Source of the DNA: Mobula hypostoma
Lineage: Eukaryota
Direction of reading: 5' to 3'
Assembly: GCF_963921235.1 (NCBI RefSeq)
Contig: NC_086108.1
Span: 15,066,001-15,130,000 of the forward strand
DNA: 64,000 nucleotides
Shown here: positions 1-13,510 of the stretch, in pieces
How positions within the stretch are numbered: position 1 is the stretch's first letter
Layout: each line of letters begins with the position of its first letter
Translations under genes and position numbers: made by a program
Notes under the pieces: generated by a model
Databases searched by the model: none
Told to the model about the DNA's origin: nothing
The model's input: the letters and a program-made list of their open reading frames with translations, nothing else

Positions 1-98
1 CACTTCTGAAGAGTGTCACCAACCACTAGTAAAGGGTGAAAATCCTTACCATTTTTTAATTATTTGTAAAAAAAACCGTAATAATCCCCTCTAGATGA

Positions 99-1051
99 AG
101 TAACGGGTGCCACCTCCAATGGGATCCCACCACTAAGCACATCTTTCCCTCCCCCCTCTCTCTGCATTCCGCAGGGATCGCTCCCTACGCAACTCCCTTG
201 TCCATTCGTCCCCCCCATCCCTCCCCACTGATCTCCCTCCTGGCACTTATCTGTGGAAGCAGAACAAGTGCTACACATGCCCTTACACTTCCTCCCTTAC
301 CACCATTCAGGGCCCCAAACAGTCCTTCCAGGTGAGGCAACACTTCACCTGTGAGTCGACTGGGGTGATATACTGCGTCCGGTGCTCCCGATGTGGCCTT
401 TTATATATTGGCGAGACCCGACGCAGACTGAGAGACCGCTTTGCTGAACGTCTACGCTCTGTCCGCCAGAGAAAGCAGGATCTCCCAGCGGCCACACATT
501 TTAATTCCACATCCCATTCCCATTCTGACATGTCTATCCACGGCCTCCTCTACTGTAAAGATGAAGCCACACTCAGGTTGGAGGAACAACACCTTATATT
601 CCGTCTGGGTAGCCTCCAACCTGATGGCATGAACATCGACTTCTCTAACTTCCGCTAAGGCCCCACCTCCCCCTCGTACCCCATCTGTTTCTTATTTTTA
701 TGCACACATTCTTTCTCTCGCTCTCCTTTTTCTCCCTCTGTCCCTCTGAATATACCTCTTGCCCATCCTCTGGGTCACTCCCCCCCCCTTGTCTTTCTTC
801 CCGGACCTCCTGTCCCATGATCCTCTCGTATCCCCTTTTGCCTATCACCTGTCCAGCTCTTGGCTCTATCCCTCCCCCTCCTGTCTTCTCCTGTCATTTT
901 GGATCTCCCCCTCCCCCTCCAACTTTCAAATCCCTTACTCACTCTTCCTTCAGTTAGTCCTGACGAAGGGTCTCGGCCTGAAACGTCGACTGCACCTCTT
1001 CTTACAGATGCTGCCTGGCCTGCTGCGTTCACCAGCAACTTTGATGTGTGT
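99..1051 (+). mobile_element. 5'-truncated Penelope-like retroelement (GIY-YIG endonuclease end, pyrimidine-rich 3' UTR, hammerhead tail)
   Basis: ORF 332..658 GVIYCVRCSRCGLLYIGET...HF...E...L.P.GMN; 12-bp direct repeat ccctctagatga at 87-98 and 1052-1063. Confidence 0.9.
955..992 (+). ncRNA. Minimal type-I hammerhead ribozyme motif (PLE-associated)
   Basis: tagtc-CTGACGA-a-gggt(ctcg)gcct-GAAAC-GTC-gactg: conserved core, stems I and II, palindromic ACGT stem III. Confidence 0.8.
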
Positions 1052-1249
1052 CCCTCTAGATGACATCACTTAACTAAGCTTGACATGAGGTGTTGGTGAT
1101 TATTATCACAGCACTGATTGAGGAACTGGGTTGGCACCTTATACAAAATTGTGTATTTTCAAAGCACACTATGGAATGGCCCTCCTGCCATATCACACCT
1201 TTAAGTAACAAGATGATCAAGAGCAGAGAACAGTAGAAAAGATGCATTT

Positions 1250-1685
1250 TTATAATATGCATCCCAAAGTATTTTACAGCTTCTAAGTCTTGCATATAGG
1301 AAGCACAGCAACCAATTTGCACATAGCAAGCTTCATCTAGTAGGAATATAATGATTGATTAACTTCCTATAGTGGTGGTGGTTGATGAATGTCATCTAGG
1401 ACATTGGAGTTAACATCCTAGTTCTTTGCAGTAAGATTTTGGGATCATTTGCATTAATCTGAGAGGGCAGCTGGGGTCTTGGTTTGATACATCTAAATGG
1501 CAGACCTCTAATAGCAAGCACTCTCTCATCACTGCCTTCCCAATGGTGCAGTAATTGATTGCACAAAAGTTCCCTCATTCCTGCCTCTCCAAAGATGCAC
1601 CAAGGCATGATCCTTGGGCTCTTAATTTCTGAAGATGATCATTGAATCTGCAATCTTCTGACTTGAGAGAATGTTAAGTGAGTCA
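1250..1685 (-). mobile_element. Old Deu-domain (SacSINE-like) SINE remnant
   Basis: gggatc...ctgagagggcag...ggtttgat...gcactctctcatcactgc resembles the reverse complement of the recalled DeuSINE core; boundaries approximate. Confidence 0.55.
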
Positions 1686-1989
1686 TATCAAAACAAGGAC
1701 AAAATATAAACTGAAGTAGTTGCAACTGTCCCTTCTTATTCCTCTTTTCCTTTCTGGGGAAGCTGAAACTTTTGGTTGTTGGGTGTTCTGGAGCTCATAC
1801 TTACAACGTGAGCACTATTAACGTATTTATCATTACGTTTATTATTTTCTGTATTACAACAACTGTGCTTCAAAATGTTCAGAGGGATGTACAGGGAAAA
1901 GATAATGTTGATCCTATACCAGCTGAGTCAGAAGAGATTATTTTGAGGACTGTGAAATTGGCAGAGAAGTTAAATATTCTGTGCCAGTC

Positions 1990-3450
1990 AATCATTCAAT
2001 TTAATATCGGAGAGTGTATAGCGTGCAACCTGAAATTCTTACTCTCCGCAGACATCCATGAAACAGAAAACCCCAAAGAATGAATGGCAGAAAAACATTA
2101 GAACCACAAAGGCCCCTCCCACCCCCCCTCACACACACAAGCAGCAGCAAAGCATCAACCCTCCCCCAACTTGCTCAGCAGGAAGCATCAACACCAACCA
2201 CCAACCAAGCAAGTAGTAGCAAACCCCCCTCAAAGAGTTCATGATCTGCGGTTCAACAAAAATTACAGTCCATAACCCAGCACTTCAATATGCCACAGCT
2301 CTCTCACTAACAAGGGACAGAGAGATTAGATTAGATTATGAGGACACGCAGTCCTCTTTTTTTTTGTCATTTAGTAATGCATGCATTAAGAAATGATACA
2401 ATGTTCCTCCAGAATGATATCACAGAAACACAAGACAAGCCAAGACTTAAAAAAAACTGACAAAAACCACATAATTATAACATATAGTTACAACAGTGCA
2501 AAGCAATATCGTAATTTGATGAAGAACAGACCATGGGCATGGTAAAAAAAAAAGTCTCCAAGTCCCGATAGCCCATCATCTCATGCAGACGGTAGAAGGG
2601 AGAAACTCTCCCTGCCATGAGCTTCCAGCACCGCAAACTTGCCGATGCAGCACCCTGGAAGCACCCAACCACAGCCGACTCTTGAGTCCGTCCGAAAACA
2701 TCAAGCCACCGACACTGAGCACTGAGCACCACCTCTGCTGAGCGCTTCGACCCTGGCCCCAGCAACAGGCGGTAGGCAAAGCCGAGGATTTGGGGCCTTC
2801 CCCTCCGGAGATTCTCGATCACACAGTAGCAGCAGCAGCGAAGCAGGCATTTCAGAAGTTTCTCCAGATGTTCCTCCATGCTTCTCACGTCTATCTCCCA
2901 TCAAATCAGGATTGTGCACGGCCCCTATTTAACAAATACGATATTATTTCGAGAGGCACACACTGCGTCATGCCGCCATCTTCTCCTCCCCTCCGATGTC
3001 ACCCTTTCCACGGTAAGAGGAAAACCCAACAGATCGCTGTTTCAATGTTACAATCTGAAGCAACACACATTCAAGAACCAGCAGATTCTTCCCCCACCCC
3101 TATCGAGAGAGCGATCCCTCAGGTGCAGAGGCCTCCAACAGCCAAACCTGCTGACTCAGTGTTCTAACCTCTGCAGAGTTCCAGTTGGCAACGCCAGCGG
3201 GGAATCGAGTAGTGCACAGGGGCCTCCCATCTTCCAGGCCACTCCTGGAGATATTGAAAATGCTAGGCCAGTCGGCTAGCACCAGAAACAGAACCGCACT
3301 GCCGTATAGAACCACTGTTTCAGTGTAGCTGTACATTACAGACTCCAATAGGACCCCAGCCACCATGAAAAGGAAAAAGGGACATTAAAGAGAGGAATTT
3401 AAGCTGTTTCGCAGATGAGCCTGAAGATGTTGCCCTCTATCACCATCTTA
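1990..3450 (-). mobile_element. Non-autonomous retroelement interrupted by a second element at about 2325-2995 that has a (gatta)n tail
   Basis: Colinear with the related copy at 5690-6490 on either side of the insert; both elements end near a ccatctt motif (aagatgg on the minus strand). Confidence 0.55.
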
Positions 3451-3600
3451 GCTCCTCCCTGGTGCAAGTCTTACCAAAAATAGTAGAAAACACCCATTTC
3501 TCTATTTCTGTGTTCATAAAAATGCTTTGGGATCAGCTAAGATACAAGTAAGTTAATAAATACAAGATGCAATGTATATTTAAAACTGGCTTATATTAAG

Positions 3601-3781
3601 CAACACACACAAAATGCAGGAGGAACTCCGCAGGTCATCATCTATGGAAAAATGTACAGTTGTTTCAGCCCAAAACTTCAACTGTACTTTTCTCCATAGA
3701 TGCTGCCTAGCTTGCTGAGTTCCTCCAGCATTTTGTGTGTGTTGCTTAGATTTCCAACATCTGCAGATTTTCTTTTGTTTG
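3601..3781. mobile_element. Fold-back short element made of inverted PLE tails
   Basis: Arms about 3601-3662 and 3679-3744; 9-bp direct repeat tatattaag at 3592-3600 and 3782-3790. Confidence 0.8.
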
Positions 3782-3895
3782 TATATTAAGTATAAAGTGT
3801 TAAGTAGCTATAATATGTTGATATGAAAAGTATGAGAATATTTTGTCATAGTACTAGTCATATGCAGTCAGTCTGTTGTTTTTTATGCTCTGCAG

Positions 3896-4016
3896 ATTCC
3901 AGAGCCACAGCCTGTCACCCTGTGTACTGGAGCAGAAAATACCAAACACTATGAGGAAGCAAAGAAATGTGTGGAGGAACTGGCCCTCTACCTGAAACCA
4001 CTTAGCAGCGCCAGAG
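3896..4016 (+). CDS. RC3H1: Roquin-1 internal exon (approx. exon 3): [40 protein letters not shown](G)
   Basis: Manual translation; tgcag acceptor, G|gtac donor, 121 bp, phase 0 to 1; matches recalled human RC3H1 ...[26 protein letters not shown]. Confidence 0.95.
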
Positions 4017-4807
4017 GTACAACCTACAATCTAGAGCATTTTAACAGAGTATGTTGACATCTCTTTGGGAATTTTATAAGCTCTAATCAGGAGCTTTACA
4101 TGGTTTACATATAGGATAACAAAAAGTTTGAAAGATTGAAAGGTTTAGATAGTCACCAAATAAAAAAAAATAGCCTGGTTCCTGTTACTGGCTTGCATCT
4201 ACTGTAACTGAAGGATGTGGGTGGAAAATCATTGATAACTGGGATGGTGTAACAAACTGGCATTGAATCTACTATGCTTGGTGGTTTCTATTGTGAAATA
4301 ACATATACAAAGATGCAGCCTCTCACCCTTTCAGAGTTGTTTTTCCAATCATCAGGTGTTGTATCTAAACTGAAGAGCTTTAAATAACTTGAGTTCTGAT
4401 ACTGTCATATTCACAGATACAAATCTCCAAGTTGACACCCATGTGTAATGCATTGTTTTATCTGGATTGTTAGCAATAGAAACTAGTCCGTGCATATTGT
4501 AACCCCCAGATGCCCGGTTGGAACTAAATACAAAACACAGAGAACTGCAGTTTCTGGAAAATCTGAAATAAAAGCAGAATGCCAGGAATAGTTTAGGTCA
4601 GTGAGCTTTCATCCTAATGAACACCAATGTTTGCAGCTGTGAAGTCAAATCAAATCTTAAGTGTAGGCTTTCTAACCTGGCAATGTTGGAAAAATCACTG
4701 CCTACTATAGTTTAGTGTTTTCCTCAATTTAATTCCTGAAGCAACATACCAATGACAGACTGAGAAAGCATATTTGACCAAAAATGCTCAAATCCACTTT
4801 AGCCATC

Positions 4808-6490
4808 TCAAAGTTCAAACTAAATTTATTATCGAAGTATGTATACCATATAATACAACCTTGCAATTCATCTACTCACAGACAGCCACAAGACAAAAAA
4901 ACGCAATAGAATCCACTTTAAAAAAAACACACAATAAAGACCTTCAAATGTCTAATATCCAAAAAACAAATTGTGTAAACAATAATGAAAGTAAAAATAA
5001 ATGCTCAGAACATGAACCACAGAGACGCAAAAAGTGAGTCCACAGCCACAGAGCCAGTTCAGCAGCAAGACAAGTAAAGCCGATCCAGGAGCACGGTGGC
5101 TGCAAGGCATCAACTTACTCCCAAACTTGGCGGTGTGGACCCAAGACCGGTGTGCACCACATGCCCGATGCCAAACTCAGGCAGAGGGAATGGGCTCAGG
5201 TGGGGGATCTTGGCTGACACAGAGAAGTGAGCTGAACACCAATTTGATCACTGCCCTCTGTTTTGACATTTTAAATCTTTTTATCCTGGCTCAGTGCTTA
5301 AATAGGCTAAATATCAGTTTGTTTTTTGATCCAGCCCAAGGTCTGCACAAGCAATGGCCATTGTCATATCTATATTCTCGAGAATCCAGTTCACCGAATC
5401 CTTCAGGAAAATGTAAAAATGCCACATCGTTCAGACGGTTCAGCAGAGCACCTCCCAAATGAAAGTTATGGGCTATGGATTGCAGTGATTGTAGTCCACA
5501 CATAAATTTAGTAGAATTTGTGAGCCGTCCCCAAAGCATTACGATATATCACCAACAACATCTTAGAAGATGTCCTGGGATCTCCATCATCATAGATACG
5601 ATTATTTAACAAATTTCAAAACAGTGAACCAATCATTGTCCTAAAGACCATCACTCCAGAATTGCGGAACAGCTTTAACACTGACTTCAAGGGTTCAAAG
5701 GTACAATTTAATGTCAGAAATGTATAAAATATACATCCTGAAATGCTTTTTCTTTGCAATCATCTACGAAAACAGAGGTGTGCCCCAAAGAATGAACAAC
5801 AGTTAAACGTTAGAACCCCAAAACTCCCCCCCCCACATGTAAGCAGCAGCTAGCAACAATCCCCCCTCCCCCCACCGGCAAAAAAAAGCATTGGCACTGC
5901 CACTAAGCACTCAAGTGTGCAGCAAAAGCAATAGCAAAGACACAGACTTGTAGTTACCCCGAAGACTTCGTGTTTCACCTGGTATTCAACATACCACAGG
6001 TTCTCTCTCTTCCTGATAAGGGAGAAAGGGGTGTCTCCATTTTCCCAGCGAGCATGGAGACATAACAAACAACTCGCTGGTTTATGATGTTAAAAGTCTG
6101 TTTTGTCGCTTTTTTTCAAGCTCTGTGCCTGAAGATCACAAAGATCCCGGGTCTCCAGGCACACAGCTGTAGATATTTTGACTCCCCCGACGACACACTG
6201 GTCTCCTGTCGTGACACCAACCCTCGATCCACAACTCCAGAGCCCCAAGATCCTAGGCTTCGAAATCCAAGCCAGACTCTTAGGCCAAGCATGCCAAACA
6301 GCGTCCAGCTATGGAACCCCAAGAGCAGGTCCCATTCCCGCTAAGAACCGTAGTCAGTGTGTAACTCCAGGTCAGGGTCTTCAAAAGAACCCTGAAAGGG
6401 AAAAGTAGAGATAGTAAAGATGGAAATAGATCTGTTTCTGAAAATACAAGCAAAGGAGTCGCCGTTAGGCGTCATTAACCCTCCTAAGCT
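4808..6490 (-). mobile_element. Two adjacent non-autonomous retroelement copies (about 4808-5570 and 5685-6490) with LINE-like (ttcaaag)n tails
   Basis: Shared tail ttcaaa...atttattatc, also seen at 35121 and 49395; no coding capacity evident. Confidence 0.5.
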
Positions 6491-8188
6491 CCGCCTCTAT
6501 AGCCAACAATGGAAAAATTGCCAACATGTGTCCTGTCTTCAAAGAAAGCGTATATCTCTCCAGTCTGAATCATCAGTCTACTGTCAACTATTAGTTAAGT
6601 GGAAGGAGTTGCTTAAAGGGCTATCATGTGTTTACTCAGCAATATCCTATTCCTCTGAAGTGCTATTTAACTTGTAAACCTCAAAAAAAAGAAGCAGACT
6701 TTAAGAAGGGAATAACCTTCCCGCGATAACAAGACAACATTTAACTGATCATGACATTCAGGAGCTTTAATACAGGTTGAAGAGGAAGGAAGGGAATCTA
6801 TCCAGCTTGATGAAGGGTCGACCAAAACGTGGACTGTTTATTCCCCACCATTGACTGGCTGACTTGTTGGGTTCATACAGCATTTTGTGAAGATTCAAGT
6901 TATTTCTGAAGGTTATTCCCTGTAAATATTACTTTAACAATTTCTATCTAGTTTGATATTTTTAATCACAAATGAAGAAATGTTAATGCATAATTTTTGT
7001 TCAAATTCCCAACAAGGAATAAATTAATTAAAATACAGGAAATAATGACAGATTTTAGTCATTTAACAGTATGATTTCTTCAAAATAATTTTATTCATTA
7101 TAAATCCTGAAGACTTGATAACTTTTCAATCAGGGAATGTAGCCAATTGTGTTTTTTCTGCACTAGACTCTTCTTGCTTAATAGCTAGGCATGTTTAAGG
7201 GGATGTAACACACTACAAAGCAAGCAGAATATATCTCTCACTGAGCAAGTTCCTTTGATCAGTTCTTCATTCTAGAAATGTGTTGATAGTGGTGAATATT
7301 TTGTTCATAATTCACAGTAACAGCTGGGAAAAGTCAGTGTGTATGACAGAACATATCTGATTTTAAGAGTAGCAGACTAGACCACAACTTCTAATCAGTG
7401 TTAACTTGGTGATGCTGTTGTTGCTAATTCCAAGGATTTGGACAAAAGTATCTGTTAACACTTTGTGTGAGGCTGTGTGATTGCTGCACTGTTGGGTGAT
7501 AAAGATAAGGCCTCTCTAGTGGAACTAAACCAAAACTGATACTGGGAGGTATTGCCATTTTCTGACCAAAGTTTATCCCTCGCTAAAGATACAGAAGCAA
7601 TATTTTGCTCAACGTCACACTGCTGTTTGAGTGTGAACTCAAGCATTCCTGCACTACATGTCAAAACCTCCTTCAGACACCCTACCTTTTCCCTACAACT
7701 CATCCAAATGGCATCTGTCTGCAAATGCAGTATCATCTCAACCAAACAAATCATTACTTTATGACATACCATTTTTAAAAATGTTTAGGTAATTGCTTAA
7801 TAAGCAGAGATTTGTGTTGTGTAACTCTGTACCTTGACCTTACACAGTCTTGTAGCACATAAACAAGACCTTTGTTCTACCTTGTTCATGCCAGCCTTCA
7901 ATTTCTATGTGTACTAATGCATCTTTACCAGCACTCCATCCATAGATTTCCTGACATGGCAATTCAAGTGCTCATTCAAAAGCTTCCTAATTGTTGTGAG
8001 AGTACATGCCTTCACCACACCTTCAGATTGTGTGATCCAAGTTGCAGTCACCCTCTGAGCGAAAAAATTCTTCCTCAGATCCCCTGTAAATCTCACCTTA
8101 AGCTTATTCCTTCTGGTCTTGTATGTAATTGGAATAAGTTTCCTACTACCTGAATTATTCTTGAACTTTTTAAATTGTATATTTTGTA

Positions 8189-9719
8189 CAGTGCCTTGAA
8201 AAAATATTCAGCCCACATAACTTTTCATATTTTACTGTCTCATTTTCTAAATTTACATATATTGAAGTAAAGTTGTTGAGCTAATCTACAAAACATTGTG
8301 CATCATGTCAACTCATAGAAAAACTCCAAAACCTGTCAACAATTTATTAAAAATTAAGACCTAAAATTACTGCACTAACTTTGCGATATATTACCTTATC
8401 TACTCACCCAATTTGGTGATGTAGAAAATTGGAGGATCATCTGTCTTCATTAAATTCATAAAAATAAATTCTCTTCTTTCTGTAAGGTCCAACAGTATGG
8501 TAGATTTTCAACAGATGAAACCACAATGAGGACAAAAGAGCATCCAAGATTAGTCAGGGAAAGGATCATAGAGAAGCACAAATCTGGGGAAGGGTACAAA
8601 GCCATCTCAAAGGCACTGAACATACTCGGAGCTCAATGCGACCATCATGAAAAAATGGAAGCCACAGCCATATTGCCTGGGTCAGGCTGCCCTTCTGAGC
8701 TTAGTTGCCAGAGAAGATTGGCAATTGTAAGAGAGGCTACTGTGACACCAACAGTCACCTGAGTGAACTGCAAAAATCAATAGCTACAACTGGAGATGAA
8801 CTCCATGGCTCCACAAACTCTAAGGCCTTGCACAAAAAGGGTATTTATGGAACAGTGGCAAAGAAAAAGTCCTTGCCCATAAAGACTTTGCAAAGCGTCA
8901 CTTTAAAGATATTGTAAAAATGTGGAAAAAGGTCTTGTGGTTGAATACTAAACTGAAAGCATTTGCCTTAACACTAAGCGGTACGCATGGTGTAAATCTA
9001 ATATTGCGCATCAGCCCGGTAGCATCATCCCTACTCTTAAGGTATGCTATGGAGGTAACATCATGCTATGGGGATGCTTTTCAGCAGCAGAAACTGGAAA
9101 TCTGGTCAGGATTGATGGGAAGAAGAATGCTGCTAAATACAGAAAGGTTGTGGATAAAAACCTGCTATCCTCTGCCAGAAGCCTAAACTGGGGAGGAAGT
9201 TAGTCTTTCAGCAGGACAACAACCCAAAGCACACTGCCAGAGCAACATGGAGTGGCTTCAAATGAAGAAAAGTAATGTCTTTGAGTGGCCCATTCAGAGT
9301 CCTGACTTTAACCCATTCAGACACCTCTGGAATGACCTCGATTCCTATCTATCACAGCTCCCAACTAAGCTGGCACAGCTTGAGCAATTTTCAAGGAGGA
9401 ATGGGCAAACATTGCTCCTTCACGTTGTGCAAAGCTAAGAGAGACTTACCGAAAAAGACGACTGGCTGTAATACCTGCAAGTAGTAGTCAACTAGGTACT
9501 GAACAAAGGGGGATGAATATTTTTGAACTGATAACATTTTTTTTGAATTTTTAGCTTTTTCATGCTTTACAATTTTCCCTGTTTTTTTTTTGGGCTCTAC
9601 TGTGAGAAAGGGAACAAGTGATTCACAAATAAAAATGCTCAGTTAAATTGATCAAAATCCCTGGTTGTAATACTTATGTGAACAAGGGGTTGGGGGCTGA
9701 ATACTTTTTCAAGGCACTG
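8189..9719 (+). mobile_element. Tc1-family DNA transposon, full length, degenerate transposase, inserted into a minus-strand CR1 fragment
   Basis: TIR cagtgccttgaaaaaatattcagccc / gggctgaatactttttcaaggcactg; TA at both ends; ORF pieces MRTKEH...GEGYKAISKAL, FQQDNNPKH, EWPIQSPDFNP. Confidence 0.92.
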
Positions 9720-10019
9720 TATCAGGTCTCCCCTTGCCCTCCTGCACTCCAAGGAATATGCACCCAATCTTACAGCAGCTCCAAACTGAAACATTCCATC
9801 CCAGCTGACATCTGAGTAAATCTCTGTACCTTTTCCAGGTACTGAGCAACAAGAAAGATGCATCTTTCAGACTGTGCCAAAGCAGGAGCTTGTATGTGTG
9901 TGTGCTTGGGGCAGTGGAACAGACCTGCTAGCTGCAAAATCCAATAAAATTTGGAACTGAGCATGAATGGAAGTTAACATTTGGGCTGTAGTGTTATTTT
10001 TACATCATTGCTGGTGTCA

Positions 10020-13000
10020 AAGGAAGTTATTAAGGGAGGTGCAATGACATTTAAAAGATATTTGGATGGCGACATGGATAGGGAAGATTTAGAGAGATTT
10101 GGATCAAATGGGACTCCCTTAAATGGGTTCCATAGTTGGCATGGATGAGGTGGGCCAAACAGCCTGTTTCCATACTGTTTGACTTTTTTTACTCTATGAT
10201 GTTGTGCCTTTGTTTAAGAAGGGCTGCAAAGACAAGGTAGGGAACTGCAGGCCATTAAGCCTTGCAACAGTGGTGAGAAAGATACCAAGGAATAAGAACC
10301 TACTGAACACTTTGGTGGGTTTATACTGTATAAAGGCCTCCCAGGAGTCACTGAGAATTGATATGTAGGCAAATCAAAGAAGTATTTAAAACAATAGGGT
10401 TATTGTAGTGGACGATTTTTACTTTCCCAATATTTTCTGGATTGCCAAAGTGCAAGGGGCTTAGAATGGGAGGAATTTGGAAAATGCATCCAGGAAGATG
10501 TTTTGAAGCACTATTGAGAGAGTCCTACTAGGGATGGTCTATATTTGACCTTATCTTAAGGTATGAGGATGAGCAAGTGTTAGAAGTGTCTGTAAAGGAA
10601 CCCTTAAGGAACAGTGACCATAGTTTTGTAAGGTTCGACGCCGAGAACGAGAAAGAAAGTTGGCTCTCAAGAAAGGACCCTGATCTAAGGGAAAGTAGAT
10701 TTTGATTGTGTAAGACAGAAACTGTCAGAAACAGATTGGGAGAGGGGAAAACCACATCTGATAAGTGGAAGGTGTTTTAAAGTGAGGTAATGAGTCAGCA
10801 TCTCTGTAAGAGTAAGAAGCAAAGTTGGTAAGTTTAGGAAAGTTGGGTGAACAAAGATTTAATCAGGGAAAAGAAAGAACCATATGTTAGGGATAGGAAA
10901 TTGATTGAGTCCTTTGAGGTTGATAGAAAAGAATTAAAACAAATGTGGTTTATGAAGTCTTGGTTGATGGGATTAAGGAGAATCTTGAACCTTTTATAGG
11001 TATTTTGAAGCAAGAGTAATTAAGGAAGGAACAAGTCCCTTTAGGATCCAGTACGGTAATTTGAGTGTGAAGCCAGGGAATATGAAAGAGGCCCTAAGTG
11101 AATACTTCTCAGCAGTCCTTATCAAGAGGAAAGATGTGGAGGCTGGAGAATAAAGGGAGGTATATATCCCTGTATCAGGAAGTAGGATGTGTAAGAAATA
11201 TTGGCACATTTAGATTATCCAGCCAAACAAGTCCTGATGATCTATCCCAAGATGGTATGTGATGCAAGGGAGGGGATTGCTGCGATTCTGATACAGATTT
11301 TTGCATCGTCTCTAGTGTGGGTGAGGTAGCAGAATCTCCTGGAGGATAGCTAATGTTGTTGTCTTGTTTGATAGAGGTAATAAGGATAACACTGGAAACT
11401 ACAGGATGGTCAGCATTACATCAGTGATAGGGGAAAAATTGTAGAAAATTCCGAAGGATAGCATCTTTGTTCACTTGGAAAGGCAAGGACTGGTTAGGAG
11501 GAGCTCGCATGGCTTTGTGCAAGGATCATCATGTGTCACAAATCTGAGTTTTTGTGAAGAGGTAACTAAGAAAGTACAAAACAGAGCAGGAGAGGCACTT
11601 TGCATGGATTTCAGAATTCAAAATCAATTTCTTTTCTGAGTACCTATACGCTCAGTGAATCAGAATCAGGTTTAATATCATTGGCATATGTTGTGGAATT
11701 TGTTTTTGTGGCAGCAGTACATTACAATGCATAATTTAAAAAAAAACTTTATTAGGTACAGGAGTAGAACCCCGTGTGGTCTGCTGCTGTAGCCCATCCA
11801 CTTCAAGGTATTCTCTTCTGCACACCATTGTTGTAACACATAGTTATTTGAGTTACTATTACCCTCCTGTCGGCTTGAACAAGTCTGGCTATTCTCCTCT
11901 GACCTCTCTCGTTAACAAGCCCTTTTTGCCAAAAGAACTGCTGCTGTCTGGATATTTTTTGTTTTTCGCACTATTCTTTGTACATTCCAGAGACTGCTTT
12001 GCATGAAAATCCTAGGAGATCAGCAGTTTGAGGTGGTCAAACCACCTCATCTGGCACCAACAATCATTCCATGGTCAGAGTTACATTTCTTCCCCATACT
12101 GATCTTTGGTCTGAACCACTTGATCATGCATTAAATTCCTGCCACATGATTGGCTGAATAGATATTTAAATTAACAAGCAGCTGTACCTTAGAAAGTGAC
12201 CACTAGGTGTATGTCACCATACACACTGCCCTGAGATTCAATTTTTTTTAGCTGACGTTGCAGTAGTACAAAGAAATACAATTAAATAAGTGAAAAACTA
12301 CACACAAAGCCTAGCAAGAAACCAACTTGCAAAATAAGACAAACTGTAAATATGAAGAAAACCACTAATAATAAATAATACCAGGAACATAAGTAGTACA
12401 GTCCTTGAAAGTGGGTCCATAGTTGTGTTCAGTGATCGGTTCAGTGTTGTGGTGAGTGAGGTTAGCCACATCAGTTCTGGAGCCTGTTGGCTGAAGGGTA
12501 ATAACTGTTCCTGAACCTGGCGGTGTGAGACCAAAGGCTCCTATACCACCTCCGCAATGGCAGCAGCAAGAAGAGAGCATGGCCTGGATGGGGGGTGGGG
12601 AGGAGTGCTTGATGATGGATGCTGTTTTCTTGTGGCAGGGATTGGTGCTTGGACCTTTCTGTATAAATTTATCCGTATAAATTACTTGGATGAGAATGTA
12701 GGTGGTAGTGAATCTGCATGTGACATGGAAATTGGTGAAGTTATAGATAGAAAAGGATACAGTAGAACATGGATCAGCTGGAACATTGAGCCGAGCCGTG
12801 ACAGGTGGAACTTAAACGAAACAAGGGTAAAGTAATGCACTTTGGGAGGTCAAATTCTGGCAGGGTGTGTAGAGTAAAGAGCAAGGACCTTTGTTACTGA
12901 AAAATCTTGGGGTGCAAGCCCTTAACTCCCTGTAAGTAGCAGCACAGATAGATGGGTTAGTGAAAATTACATGCGTTACGCTTACCTTTGTTAGCTTTGG

Positions 13001-13510
13001 CTGAGTATAAGAGTTGGGACATCTTGTTGCAGCTGTACAAAACATTGGTTAGACCACACTTGGAGTTCATGTCGCCACACTGCAGGAAGAATGTGAGAGA
13101 GAGGATAGAAGAGACCCACCAGAATAGTGCCTGGAATGGAGGACTGCAGTTACAAGGAGAGGCTGAATAGATTGGATTTATTCTCACTGGAATGTAGCAG
13201 GCTGATAAGGGTTTATAAAATTAGGGCGATATAAAGGATAGAGTATTTTTCTCAGAGGAGAGTCTAGAAATAGAAGGTACAGGTTTAAGGTGAGAGTGGA
13301 AAGACTTTAAGGAAATAATGGATAAAATTTTCACACAGGATGGGGTGTATATGGAATCAACTGCCAGAGGGATATTGGCAGATTATAACCATAATATTTA
13401 AAAGGCATTTGGACTGTACTTAAATAGAAAAGATGTAGAGAGATGTTGGCATGCAGGCAAATGGGTTATCATAGATATGCATCTTGGTCTGTTTCTGTCT
13501 TGTGTAATTC
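10020..13510 (+). mobile_element. Degenerate CR1 LINE fragments hosting nested insertions at about 11612-12640
   Basis: EEVTK, MDFS, LYKTLVRPHLE motifs in broken frames; boundaries approximate. Confidence 0.7.
11649..12209. mobile_element. Non-autonomous Tc1-type element whose left TIR is split by a LINE-tail fragment
   Basis: TA-cgctcagtg...actttattaggtaca versus tgtaccttagaaagtgaccactaggtg-TA. Confidence 0.7.

Noticed and set aside
5..50. CTGAAGA...GAAA hammerhead-like words at the window start
   Set aside because: Stems II and III cannot be formed consistently, and the sequence is truncated by the window edge
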